From NCBI GenBank assembly GCA_001643675.2, contig LSRY02000065.1:62001-126000 (forward strand): a DNA stretch of 64,000 nt, written 5' to 3'. The DNA comes from Monocercomonoides exilis PA203. Taxonomy: Eukaryota; Protista; Preaxostyla. The notes beneath the pieces are model-generated. The model ran no database searches. It worked only from the letters and a program-made list of their open reading frames with translations, and had not been told where the DNA came from. A program made the position numbers and the translations under genes. Below are positions 26,295-37,702 of this stretch, piece after piece (within the stretch, counting starts at the first letter, position 1; each line of letters opens with the position of its first letter).

Positions 26295-26738
26295 AATTAT
26301 TCTCAATAAATTTTTTTAGAAATAAATTCATTTTTGAATTTGATATTTTTTGTGGAAATTATCTTATTTCAAAATTTATCATTCATATTGACATTTGAAT
26401 AGCATTTTTCTTATTTTGGTTCACAATTTTTGTAAATAAATTAACAATAACTTGTGAAGAATTGTGATTCAATATAAGACCAGCTGTTAGATATTTTTTC
26501 GATAACAATGAATTGGTGCAAATAAACTGTGATAAATATTGATTGTCAAAAAATCCAACATGTGACTTTTAAACGCCTTCTTTCCAAATGAAAGGTTAAC
26601 TCAAGATCAATTGTTTAAAACACTATCGAAATAATAATTAGATAATATATTAGTGATTAAATCAGATTTTTTTGTTAAAATTTTGATCAACAAGTCAAAA
26701 ATTCAAAATAATATGAGCATCAAAAGATTGATCAATTT

Positions 26739-26997
26739 GGGTGATTATTTTTAAAATCATATTTTTTCCATTCAAAAAATTCGGTTCGAAAATTGCACTT
26801 GAAAATCAACAAAAGAATACCGAAAAGTGAAAAAGCTTATAAAAAAATATCTTTCTCTTTGTTTGAGCTTTCAAATTCGTTTTGATAGCAGTTGCGATAA
26901 TTCAACAATTCTGACACAAAGTCTTTTCCAAATGACAAACAATGTAAGAAAAATCGACACCCCGAAAAAAGTTATGATTTCAAAAATAATCACCTTC
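26739..26997. mobile_element. MITE family 1 (~258 bp)
   Basis: ATTT|GGGTGATTATTTTTAAAATCATA...TATGATTTCAAAAATAATCACC(TTC)|ATTT. Right end slightly mutated. Confidence 0.75.
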
Positions 26998-27059
26998 ATT
27001 TTTATGAGAATTCAGTCTATGGCTAATAATTAACGAATGAAATCAATCGAATCATCGTC

Positions 27060-28310
27060 AGGAGGAAAAACAGAATTTGTTGTTTATTTTTTGCATTAAA
27101 TGAGAAACAATGCAATGGCTCCACGACAATGTTGTGAACACTATCAGAAGATGCGCTGTTGCATATAATTGTTCGTTAATGATATTAACAAAAGGGACTG
27201 AATGAACATAGTTTTATTTTTATTTTCCGCTAACGCATAGAAAAAGTTTTTGTGATGATAGGAACTCCTTTTCAAAATCGAAGCTTTCTATTTCAAATTA
27301 AACAGGATTCGAAACTTCATCAATTATTCACTCTATGCAAAGTGGAAATTTCTTTTTTATATCTTCGTTTTTTTTTAAATAAATGAAATTAATCAATCTA
27401 TTGCAAATCCATAGTAATCAATCTTGTGTTTTTTTTAGAATCATAAACGCACTTCTCTGCATTTCTATAACTTAATGCGAAAAACACAGTGCTTCTTATT
27501 TTTTACGTTTACAGGAGAACATACGCTCAGATGATAAGAGGAATCCAAACTCCAATGGGAGGTCCTGGCCGCATTGTGGAAATTGACGAAGCTGTTCGGA
27601 GAGAGCGAAAATACAAGAAAAATTTTGATTTTTTATCTATTGAAACTTTATTTACAATTGAACTATTTTTATAATACCGTGCTAAAAAGCAAATTTGGAT
27701 TTTCGGTGCTCAGGAACGTGGAGGAAAAGCATTTGTTTTCCCTGTGGCAAACCGATCTGCTTCAGTATTAATTCCGTTTTTAAAATAATATATTCGTCCC
27801 GGAACAGAAATTCACTCTGATCAATGGAAAGCATATTCTTCTTTGAGTGAGAATGGATTCACACACAAGACTCTTCATCATTCCGAGCATTTTGGAGGTT
27901 TATATTTTCTCTTGTTATGTCTTTTTTCATGAAATAATATTTCACACTTATTCAGATCCAATCACAAGCGCTTGCGCAAATCGTATTGAAGCATTTTGGG
28001 CTAAGCTTTGGAAGTCAATTCCTTCACATGGAGTGAGACTAAATAGAATGCAAGAATTTATCTATTCATTTTTGTTTTTCAGAAATCGAAAAGTTGATTT
28101 ATCCATATTTGTGTCGAATGTGATGAAATACAGTGATGAAGAATACAAAGGTCTTGAGGATGAAGCTTTTGGTCCAGAAGAAGAGGAAGAAGAAGCTGGA
28201 GCAGAAATGCTTCACTAAGAAGAATCTTCAGAATCCGATTATGATCTTTTAATTGATTCATAATCAGATGGTGTTGGAGATGGAGAAGATGCATCTGAAT
28301 AGGAGGCTGA
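27060..28310 (+). mobile_element. Intron-containing Merlin transposase pseudogene
   Basis: MGGPGRIVEIDEAV, QIWIFGAQERGG, IRPGTEIHSDQWKAY, HHSEHFG / intron 27898-27955 / DPITSACANRIEAFW, acidic tail. Confidence 0.8.
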
Positions 28311-28613
28311 TTAGAAAAAACCGATTTTTCTTCATATTTCACTATTTGAATTTTTAATGAAAGCATGATTCGAACGATTATTTTTTTAATGTTTTTACAA
28401 GGGATCTTAACGTGCCATTAGCGAAAAAGAAGAGAAATAAATAAATAAACAAACAAAATGAAGAATGAATGATAGAGAAAGAGAAAAAGAGAAAGAGAAA
28501 AAAAGAGAGTTAAAGAAAGCAGAAGAGGCTGTTTCCAATGCTCATGAAATGGAACTGAATTTTTTAAGATTCAATTTGATTTAAATAGAAAAAGGAAAAT
28601 CGTTAAAATATAT

Positions 28614-28869
28614 GGGTAATTATTTTTGAATCCATATTTTCTCTCTCAAAATTTTCGGTTTGAGTTTTCACTTTAAATGTGGATAAATGAATAACGAAAA
28701 GTTATTCCTCCTTTCAAAGATAATTTTATCTTGAAAATTTTCTCACTCATTGATAAAAGAAACAATTTTCTAATTTTTTCTTTTTGAATGAATTTTTCCT
28801 CATCATAGAAATAAAACGTTAAAAGAATCAACACTCCGAAAAAAGTTATGATTTCAAAAATAATTACCC
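28614..28869. mobile_element. MITE family 1 (256 bp), ATAT TSD
   Basis: ATAT|GGGTAATTATTTTTGAA...TTTCAAAAATAATTACCC|ATAT. Confidence 0.85.
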
Positions 28870-30599
28870 ATATGTTTTTTTATTATTAATAAGAGTTGAC
28901 ATAATTTCAATAAACATATAAATTGGAAGAATTATTAAAAAGAGATTATTTTGATAAATAAAAAAGAACATTAATATTCAATAAAACCACATATCAACCA
29001 TTAACAAACCTTGCCCACAAATGTGCCTTCTGGAACAGCTGTACAAGCTTCACAAGGAACAATGGTGGATCTTCGATTGACAACATACTTTCATCCCCAT
29101 CAAATATAGAAGTTTTTTTAATCACCACTCGCTGAATTAATATCAACGGAACAAAAACAGCACTTTCTTCTTCTTCTTTTCGCGTTTTAGTCATCTCTAA
29201 TCCTTTTCCCTCTTCCACTCTTCTATCGCATCATCCAGCTCCATCCAATTCACCAGTACAAACGCAACTTCTTCTCTCCCAAATCAACCGGTTAAAATTA
29301 GTAAGTGTATTCACATAGCCCAACTGCTCTTGTGTCATTCACCTGCGCTGTGAACAGAACAAGCCACAAAAGACAGTCGACTACCAGTTCCTAACATATA
29401 AGAAACGTTTGTCTGTAAAAAATTGAGCTTCTCGTGTTTCTCAAGCAAAGCATCAGTTATTTCATAACAAACAAAACGCATTTGAGTTCTGTTTTCATTG
29501 TTTCTTTTTGTTTGAGGGGAACTGAATCATCAGTCCGAAATTCTTTTTCTTCTTCAACTTCCATCACTGCTTTCTCTTCCTCCATCTCCTTCGCCCCCCT
29601 GTTTATCTTTTGCAACAGCTCCATTTGCACACGCTCTGCTTCCTGTGCCTGCACCCAGTCCGCTGTCAAGCCCTTATTCTATCGAATTCACAAATTCAAC
29701 CAAAATTTCAGCTCTGATATTAAACCTCATCCTCTGTTCGTTTCTCCGCTTTTTCTGTTCACTCAAACGATCTTCTTCGCACAACACATCGCACACACGA
29801 AAGCCCTACTACAGGCAGAGTGTGTGGGGCAGACAGTGCGCCTTGGAAAAGCATAAGAGAGCACTTGCACCACAAGTTCAGGATGAATGGTGCAAAGAGA
29901 AAGGCAAAGACGCAATGGGCGAAGGCTTTGGCAGACGAAAGCATGTCAAATACTTCGGTGAAAGGGAGAAGAAGTGAAGTTGCGAAAGCGTTGTGTGAAG
30001 ATTAAGATGGAATCCCTGAGGAATGTTGTTGTGAGAAAGTCAAAGATGAATGAAGTGTCAAAGAATGAAGTGTTAAAACAAAATGTGTTGTATTGTCAAT
30101 TTCAGTTAAAAATGATTATTCTTTTTGAAAAGTTTCTGATGTTTGATATTAAAATTTAACAAAAATTTCATATTTTGCTCAGGTTTTTGTTGATATACAC
30201 CAAACTTCAAAAAAATGAAATCTATTTTTGGAAAATGTTATTTCATTCATTCTTAAGAAGATTATTGAGTGGAAACAGAAATATGAGCAAAATATGAAAT
30301 TTTAAATTCATTTGATTATTTAACATTAGCGACTTTTCAATAAGAATTACCCAATTATCCATGTTTTGAAATTTTTGATAATTTTTTTCCACAATAAACG
30401 GAGTAATACATTTGTATTAACAATTAGCAGGATACATATTATTTGAGATTGAAAATTATCTTTAACATGTAAAATGCGCTTTTCTTTAGGTTTTAAAATT
30501 TAATATGAAAAGAAAATATTATCAACAAGCTTTCTTTTTGAAAATTTTTGTTGTATTTTTATTTCATTTTCAGAAAAAATATTTTAAAAATATTATCAA

Positions 30600-31230
30600 C
30601 TGGTTAAATTTTCTTTTTTCTTTTTTGGTTTTTCATATTAAAAAAAGCCTTTTCAATTTCTTCATTTTCTGTTTCTTCTCTTTTGGATTCTTTTCTTTAA
30701 TCCTTTTCTTTTTTCCATTCAATAAAAAATTCTTCATCGGAAATTAATTTTCCAAAATAATCTAACCTTTTTGTTCTTTTCTTCAGAGTGACAGAAGGTT
30801 TTTTTGGAAGCTTTACTAACATTTCGTGCCACTGGTGTGAGAGCACTCCGCTCTTCGCAAAAGATGATTTGATTGTTGAAGGCAACTTAGAAGTTTGCAA
30901 AGATTGTGTTAGCACATCAGCAAGCGCTTCTCGTCGCAAAACAACAGAAGAAGAAGAAGGAGCTTCATAATTGGCATTAATTGTTTTTTTAAAAACAGCT
31001 AATACGCCACGATCCAACGGCTGTGCGATGTGAGTGGTGTGGGGTACGAAGGTGACCACATCTATTGAAGAATCGGCGAACTTCTTCCACAAGTCAGGCT
31101 GCGCTCTCGAAGAATGAGAATCAAGAAGGAGAAGTCACGTTTCTGCACTTTTCTTCAAAGCATCTCTTCTTTGTTGAATTCCTGAAAGAAGTTCTTCTTT
31201 TGCATATTTCAGAAAAAGAGCAACAGTCAT
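30600..31230 (-). mobile_element. Truncated pogo-like DDE_1 transposase fragment
   Basis: LLLDSHSSRAQPDLWKKF...TFVPHTTHIAQPLDRGVLAVFKK, clearly homologous to the C-terminal half of 35790-36971. Confidence 0.85.
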
Positions 31231-31377
31231 CCAATTTTCGTTTTCTTTCTATTCATTTTGATACAAGCTCAAAAAAAGAATAACTCATCTGGTGATTTCC
31301 AACAAAACCAGTAAATGACATTTAAAAAAAGAATATCTGAAGGCTGCAGCTGAAACGATGAGAATTGTGATAGACAT

Positions 31378-31647
31378 GAATGGAAAAATATTGACTTTCA
31401 AGCTTTTTTTGCATAATACATGAAATTTTAGTTACACTTTTAACAAATTAAAACATAATAAGATTTCAAAATAAATTTAATTTTCACATCCGAAAACAGG
31501 CATCACTGAAATCAAAACATTACGTTATCTTCCATTTCACGAATGTCAAAAAATGGACTCATTTTTATTGTGTTTTTTGATCACAAAAAGTCAATGAAAA
31601 GTGCATTATTTTTTAATGAAAATGCCTGAAGTCAAGTATTTTGTCCC
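31378..31647. mobile_element. MITE family 2 (~270 bp)
   Basis: Shares GATCACAAAAAGT...ATGAAAATGCCTGAAGTCA...TATTTTGTCCC with 26028-26294. Flanks ACAT and ATAT. Confidence 0.65.
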
Positions 31648-32729
31648 ATATCAATTATGAATGTCAAACAAACTCATCATCATTGCCTTGTTTTCAAATA
31701 CGTCTGAACATTTAATCACAACAATTCACTCTGGTGAGAAATATTTATTCCGCGATCAAAATTCGATGATGTTTCAAATGGTTGAACGAGAAAATAAACG
31801 AATTGAAGAAAAATATTATCAGAAAAATAAAAAAGAAAGAAAAGATGAAAAGAAGTTCACAGAAAATCAAGAAAAAATAACAAAAAAATGAACATTTCTA
31901 TTTCCAGTGAACGAAAAACGATGGATTGACAGAACAAATAAGCAACTTCATGAAGAAATGATAATGATATTGATGTGAAAAGATCATATACAGCCTTTTT
32001 TAAGAAAACAAAAAATTTCAGGAGAGAAAGAAAAAAAACAGATCTTGGTGAAATTAGCATGAGAGAGAGTTATTTGATGAGAAAAGAAAAGCAACTGAGG
32101 AGTGTTGTGAAGACTTATAGCGAAAATGAAACAGAAGAAATCAAATTGAATCAAGAACATAAAAAAATGGAACAGTGTCAGTTGAGCTATTACAATAAAA
32201 TGAAGAGCAAATTAAGATAAAACGAAGCGATTATTGTGATGGATTTCAAGGAGAATTGGTGCTTTATAATATCTCAAAAAGAAACTGGAAGAAATTTCTA
32301 TGAAAAGGAACAAATCTCTCATTTGTGCTTTATTGTTTATTCGAAAACCAACAATAATGAAATGAAAAAATTTTGTTTCAATTATTTTTCAAAAATTATA
32401 ACTCATGATTATAGATTTATTTACGAGTGTTTGACTCAATTATTACGTATTGATTTGTTTGAAAATGAAATGAACTTTCATTTTTTTTTGTGACAATGGG
32501 CCACATTTTAGGAATTCGAGTGTTTTCTATTTATTATTTTCTAATAATTCTGTTTTATTTAAAGATAAAAACTGTTCACTTTCGTTTTTCACCGAGCATC
32601 ATGGAAAAAAGAAAGTGACAGTGAATTTGGGTCAAAAACAAGTTTAATTAATAACAATTTGCGAAATTGAACATTAAATACAATTTATGATCTTGTTGAT
32701 TTTTTTTGTCAAAATTGTGATTCTTATTT

Positions 32730-32983
32730 TGGTGATAATTTTTGAAATCATTACTTTTTTGATGTGCTGATTTCAAAAAGTTGTTCATCATAATGAAGAC
32801 ATTTTGTATTCGAATGCCTAATGTTTCATAATTGTTTCAAAAACGAATGGTTTTGTTGAAATAAAGATGCAGATATCTTTCATTAACATTTTCACTTTTC
32901 GTTTTTCTTTTGCGAATATTTAAGTAAAATTTTTCGAATCGCACTTTTAAATTGTAAAAATGAGATTTCATAAATAATCACCC
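32730..32983. mobile_element. MITE family 1 (254 bp), ATTT TSD, inserted in the Sola-like transposase CDS
   Basis: ATTT|TGGTGATAATTTTTGAAATCAT...ATTTCATAAATAATCACCC|ATTT. Confidence 0.75.
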
Positions 32984-33169
32984 ATTTGTTCAATTTCGAT
33001 TTTAATTCACTCTCAACATCCATTTTTCTTTTTTCTTTGTCTGCTTCATATTCGTCCACTTCGATTTTTTATTATATTATTTGCAACAAATAGGTAAATA
33101 ACTTTATCATGTTTATCATTTTTCGGGTGAACTTTCATTTTTTTCGTCTAAAAAAAATTTATTTTAATT

Positions 33170-33549
33170 GGGTTATCCTTTTTTGATAAGTTGCAAATAT
33201 TTAATATCCTGGTCAAATAATAATGTTCCATATTTGATCATTTTTTGTTGTTGTTTATCCATTGAGTTTCTCCACAATGCATTTATTCTCATATAAGTGT
33301 TTATTATTGAAACCATATTTTTTCATTCACAATTTTCTGTTCAAGAATGTCCCTTGCAGATAAATAAATGATGACTGAAAAGTGAAATGGATCAATAACG
33401 ATATCCTCTTCTTTGTTTGTGCTTCAACTTCAATTTTTAAAACAGTCGTGTCAAACGTTCCTTTTGAATACAAAATCATTTTACAATGACAAACAACCCT
33501 TGAAAAATCAATACACAGAAAAAAGTTATGATTTCAAAAAGAATCACCC
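33170..33549. mobile_element. MITE family 1 variant (~380 bp)
   Basis: AATT|GGGTTATCCTTTTTGA...GAAAAAAGTTATGATTTCAAAAAGAATCACCC|ATAT. The two flanks do not match exactly. Confidence 0.55.
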
Positions 33550-34696
33550 ATATTTAATAGGTTTATGTATTCTAATTTTCAAAATGATGAAGATTGGTTA
33601 TTCGATAGCAAAAAATAATCAAATAAGAAACATTTTTATTTGACTATGATATCTAACATTTGCAACTTTTCAAAAAGAATAACCTAATTTTTAATATTCA
33701 TTGTTATTTACAAAGAAGAATATCTGATTCCAATTGGAGAGCTGATTGTGAAAGAGATGATAAATGACCTGTTTTTAACAAAAAAAAATCAATTATTTTC
33801 ATTTCGCTGCAGTTAGCACATCGAATGATAGATAATTATCAGAAATTGATTTCTAAATATTTTATCGAAAGTGATAAAAAAAAGATTGGTTCTTGAATAT
33901 GAAAAAAGATATTTCTCTGAAAAAGATGATTCAAAAAACAGAAAATTGGTGGAAAACGCGATAAAAAAAACTGGAAACAGATTCGAGATGCTAAGTACCT
34001 TTAAAGCTGAATTGAATAATTATGTGATTGAAACTTTCGAAATAGATGGTATGAAATGGAAGAAATAGAAACTGAAATAAGTATGTTTGAAAGAAACAAA
34101 TTCTTGAAAATCAAAATGGAAAATAATGAATATTTTGCGATGATTCTCAGCACGATTATTTGAATCAAAATAGTATTTTTTGTAATGTCACAAGCACAGG
34201 TTGACCTCTATGAAAGATATAAACTTTCGAATGAAACAATAAAAATATTCATGCTCATCACTATTTCCGACAAATAGTTATTTTTCTTCCAATTCAAACA
34301 ATTTATATCAGATACAAAATGATTCATTTTCTGTATCTGTTCAGGAGCAAACAAGAATGTGGGGTTTTTCCAGTCTAATAGAAACTGACGATTTTTAAAA
34401 ATTCTGACTGAAAAAAAAACCATTAATCAATATAAAAATGTTACTAAAAAATTAGTTTTTTCCCACTCACCCTGCGATACATTTTTATTAATGTTTAAGG
34501 GTGTGACTAAATTATTCCTATTTGAATAATTGTTTCATTTATTCTCCAATTTGCAGGTTTAAGGTCCAGATTCAGTTTCCCAGGTACAAAAACAATAATT
34601 TCTTTTTTCATATTTAATTATTGCTCTTTCATTTTTCTTAAAAATGCTGATATTACAAATATAAAAAATTAATTGCTCAAATAGACAATTTTATAT

Positions 34697-35068
34697 CACG
34701 TGGACATTTTCCTAATGGCTGGATAGAAGCCTTTTCTCGTTATCCAATGAATATAGAATTTTGATCTTTTCACTCATCATTCGAAAGGTGAATATGAGGA
34801 TATGAATGTCTGAAAATTCATCATTCTTGTGCATTCCTATGAAAAATAAATATTGTTTTTTGGAAAATTTAAGGGCAATTTGTTTTTCCGAATTTCCAAG
34901 AAATACAATATTTATTTTAAAAATATTTATTCAAGTGAATGAAGTATTTTCAGCATTCTGAGAATACTCATATTCACCTGACAAACGATATAAGAATAGA
35001 AAAAAGTTCTGCATTTAATGGCTTCTAAGAAAAGGCTTCTTTCCGACCATTAGGAAAGTGTACACATG
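34697..35068. mobile_element. Old foldback/hairpin MITE with CAC...(A)TG termini
   Basis: ~170-bp imperfect inverted arms: CACGTGGACATTTTCCTAATGG...AGAAGCCTTTTCT...AGGTGAATATGAG versus the rc of ...AGAAAAGGCTTCT...CCATTAGGAAAGTGTACACATG. Confidence 0.75.
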
Positions 35069-35106
35069 TTATGAAAGTGATTATAATTAATTATAAAGGA
35101 ACGATA

Positions 35107-37156
35107 GGGTGATTTATTAACACGAACTTTTTTAAAAACCCGGACTTTTTTTTTAATAATAAGTTGATTTTTCCCACTTTTTATATTGTTTTCAGTATAT
35201 AAGGAAAAATCAATGACTGAAATTGTCGATTAAATTTCTATGCATAATCTCTGATGGGGGGGGGGGGGGGGAGAGAGATGGGGGGGTTAGCTCCTCCATC
35301 TCTGATTAGTGCCTCCCCTGAGGAGATTAGGTGATAGCAACGGGGCTAATTAAGTTAGAATTTAATCGAAAACATTTTTTTTTCTATTTTTTTTCATTTC
35401 AAAAAAATTATTTTAATAAAAATTAAAAAAGATCATTACCAGAATAATTTTTCAATGAGTGTTGTGAAAATTAAAAAAGAACGTGGACAGTCAATTCTTC
35501 GAGAAAAAATGATGTCATTCGAATATCGAAGAATTGAAAATCGATTAGAACGCATGGCACGCATAGTTGCTGATGGACATGTCAGAATCGTTGATGCAAT
35601 AAATACCAAAGAGTTCTCTCGTTCAGCAATAATGAGAGCAGTTTCAGCAGTTGGGAGCTGCAGAGATGTTGGAAAATCTGGAAGGCCAGAGTTATTCAAT
35701 GAAGATGATAAAAATCCTTTTGTTGCAGTTATCAAGATTGAAAATTTATCAGGAACAAGTTTGAAAGCCAAGAGAACAAAAAAATAAGCTTGTTTTCATC
35801 TTTATTTTTCATTCGTTTTTCATTATTAATATTTTACAGATGGAATCCATCCTTTCCGACAAAAAAAAGATGTTCAGAAACTGAAGTTGATGAAAACGCC
35901 AGTGTGTCCAAGTCATATCCATATCTATTCGCAAAAAGGAATCCAGAGCTAAAAACCTCAATGCCAAGAAATGTGGATATCCAACGTCTTTCGGTATCCA
36001 ACCAACAAGTACTTCTTCCTTTCAACGAGCTTCTGCAAAATCTTCACAATACACACCATTATTCACCTTCTTTAATCTTTAACACCGATGAATCTTCACT
36101 CCGCTTATCGGATTCCTTCAAAACTTTTGTGATTCACTTTTCAGGAGTTCCAGCTGGATTTCACACAACGCCCACAAACATGCCAAATGCCACTTTGGTT
36201 GTAGCAGCTGCTGCAGATGGATATTCTCTCAAAAGCGTTGTATTGTGGCCATGCCACAATTTACCAAAGGAAATGCGAGTTCTTCTGAGCGCGAACATTG
36301 ATGTATGGGATAACAACGATGGATGGATGACGGAAAGCATATTTCAAAGATACGCAGAAGAGGTTTTGTTAACTGGAATCATCGAAAGAAGGAAAATATT
36401 AATGAAAACCAATGATAGATGTCTTCTGCTTCTGGATTCTCACTCTTCTCGGGCTCAGCCTGACATATGGCAGAAATTTGCTGACAACAACATTGACTTC
36501 GTCACTTTTATTCCTCACAGTTCACACATCACACAACCTCTTGATCGTGGTGTGTTTGCAGTCTTCAAAAAATGCATCAACTCTCTATACTCTGTTCCTC
36601 CAGATTCTTCCATTTCTCTTCGACGTGAGGCCATCTCCAACGTTCTTCCACAAGCTCTTCAGACAGCATTACTTCCTGCAACTGTTGTTTCTTCGTTCAA
36701 GAAAAGCGGCGTGCTTTCAAATGAGTGGCATTCAGTACTATCAACACTTCCAAAGGAACCTTCAGTTACGCTCAAAAAGAGAACACATAGGTTTGATTTT
36801 TTTGGAAAAATTATTACTGAACAAAAATTTCTTGAAGAATGGAAAAAAAAGGAAATGAAAGAAGATATGAAAAGAAAAGAAAAGAAAAAAGAAAACGAAG
36901 AAAAAATTCTTTTCGAAGCTGAAAAGCCTAAAAAAAAAAAAAAAGAAAATTTCGCAAATCAAACATTTTGAATGATGATGTTTTGGACGATGAATCAAAG
37001 CATAAAAATTCCAGAAAAATTATGAAGAAAGAACTTGTTAATTATATTTATTATTAATCATTTCAATTTTTATTATCAAAATATGATTGCTCGAAAAAAA
37101 AAATATTTTTTATTTCTAACCAAAATATAAAAAAAGTTCGGGTTTATAAATCACCC
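35107..37156 (+). mobile_element. Complete pogo-like (Tc1/mariner superfamily) DNA transposon, 2050 bp
   Basis: TIRs GGGTGATTTATTAACACGAACTTTTTT and rc GGGTGATTTATAAACCCGAACTTTTTT, with TA on both flanks. Confidence 0.88.
35455..36971 (+). CDS. DDE_1 (pogo/Tigger-like) transposase, with one intron and homopolymer frameshifts near 35780-35870
   Basis: N-terminal HTH plus DVGKSGRP, then IFNTDES, DGWMT, LLLLDSHSSR, FIPHSSHITQPLDRGVF (all three Asp intact). Intron about 35792-35838. Confidence 0.8.
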
Positions 37157-37702
37157 TAAAGACTTGTTTCAGCATATATGAATATAAAGAAAATTTTGAG
37201 TTCACTCTTGTTGATTCAAAAATTAAGGGTAAAACAAAAGTCCAAAAATATATTATTTGTTTCATATGGGAAGAATCCTATTTGTTAATGAATTTTGTTC
37301 CACTCAATTATTTCTTTTATTTTATTTTAATATTTTCATATTCTTGAAAAAAATGAATGAAAATGTTCAATAAATAATAATATGATAAGAAAAAAGTTCG
37401 AAGCAAATTCATGAATTTTTCATTGTTGTAAAAATTCTTTATAAAAAAATGATTTGTTTCAAATAATTTGTTGGTTTGATCAACAGAAACAAAAAAGAAA
37501 AATTCTTTTCTGGCTTTTTTCTTCGAGATCATTGGCATTGAAGATAATTACATTTTTGTCACGTTTTTTATAAAGGAAAGCGATTGCATTGAAATTGTTA
37601 GAGTTTAATTTTCTAAGATTATCAACGATGTTTATATTTATCAATTATTCATTTTATACAAATCTTTGTTCGATAAATATTACGTTTTTTGCAATAAACA
37701 GA

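Larger units (their letters stand above)
31890..34584 (+). mobile_element. Sola-like DDD transposase relic 2, interrupted by MITEs
   Basis: RKKTDLGEI, IVMDFKENW, FYEKEQISHLCFIV, DNGPHFRN, SFFTEHHGK.ESDSEFG. The C-terminal part resumes near 33830. Ends in GTCCAGATTCAGTTTCCCAGG like relic 1. Confidence 0.65.

Noticed and set aside
35256-35290. G-rich tract as a telomeric repeat
   Set aside because: No tandem TTAGGG-like array; it is internal to a transposon.
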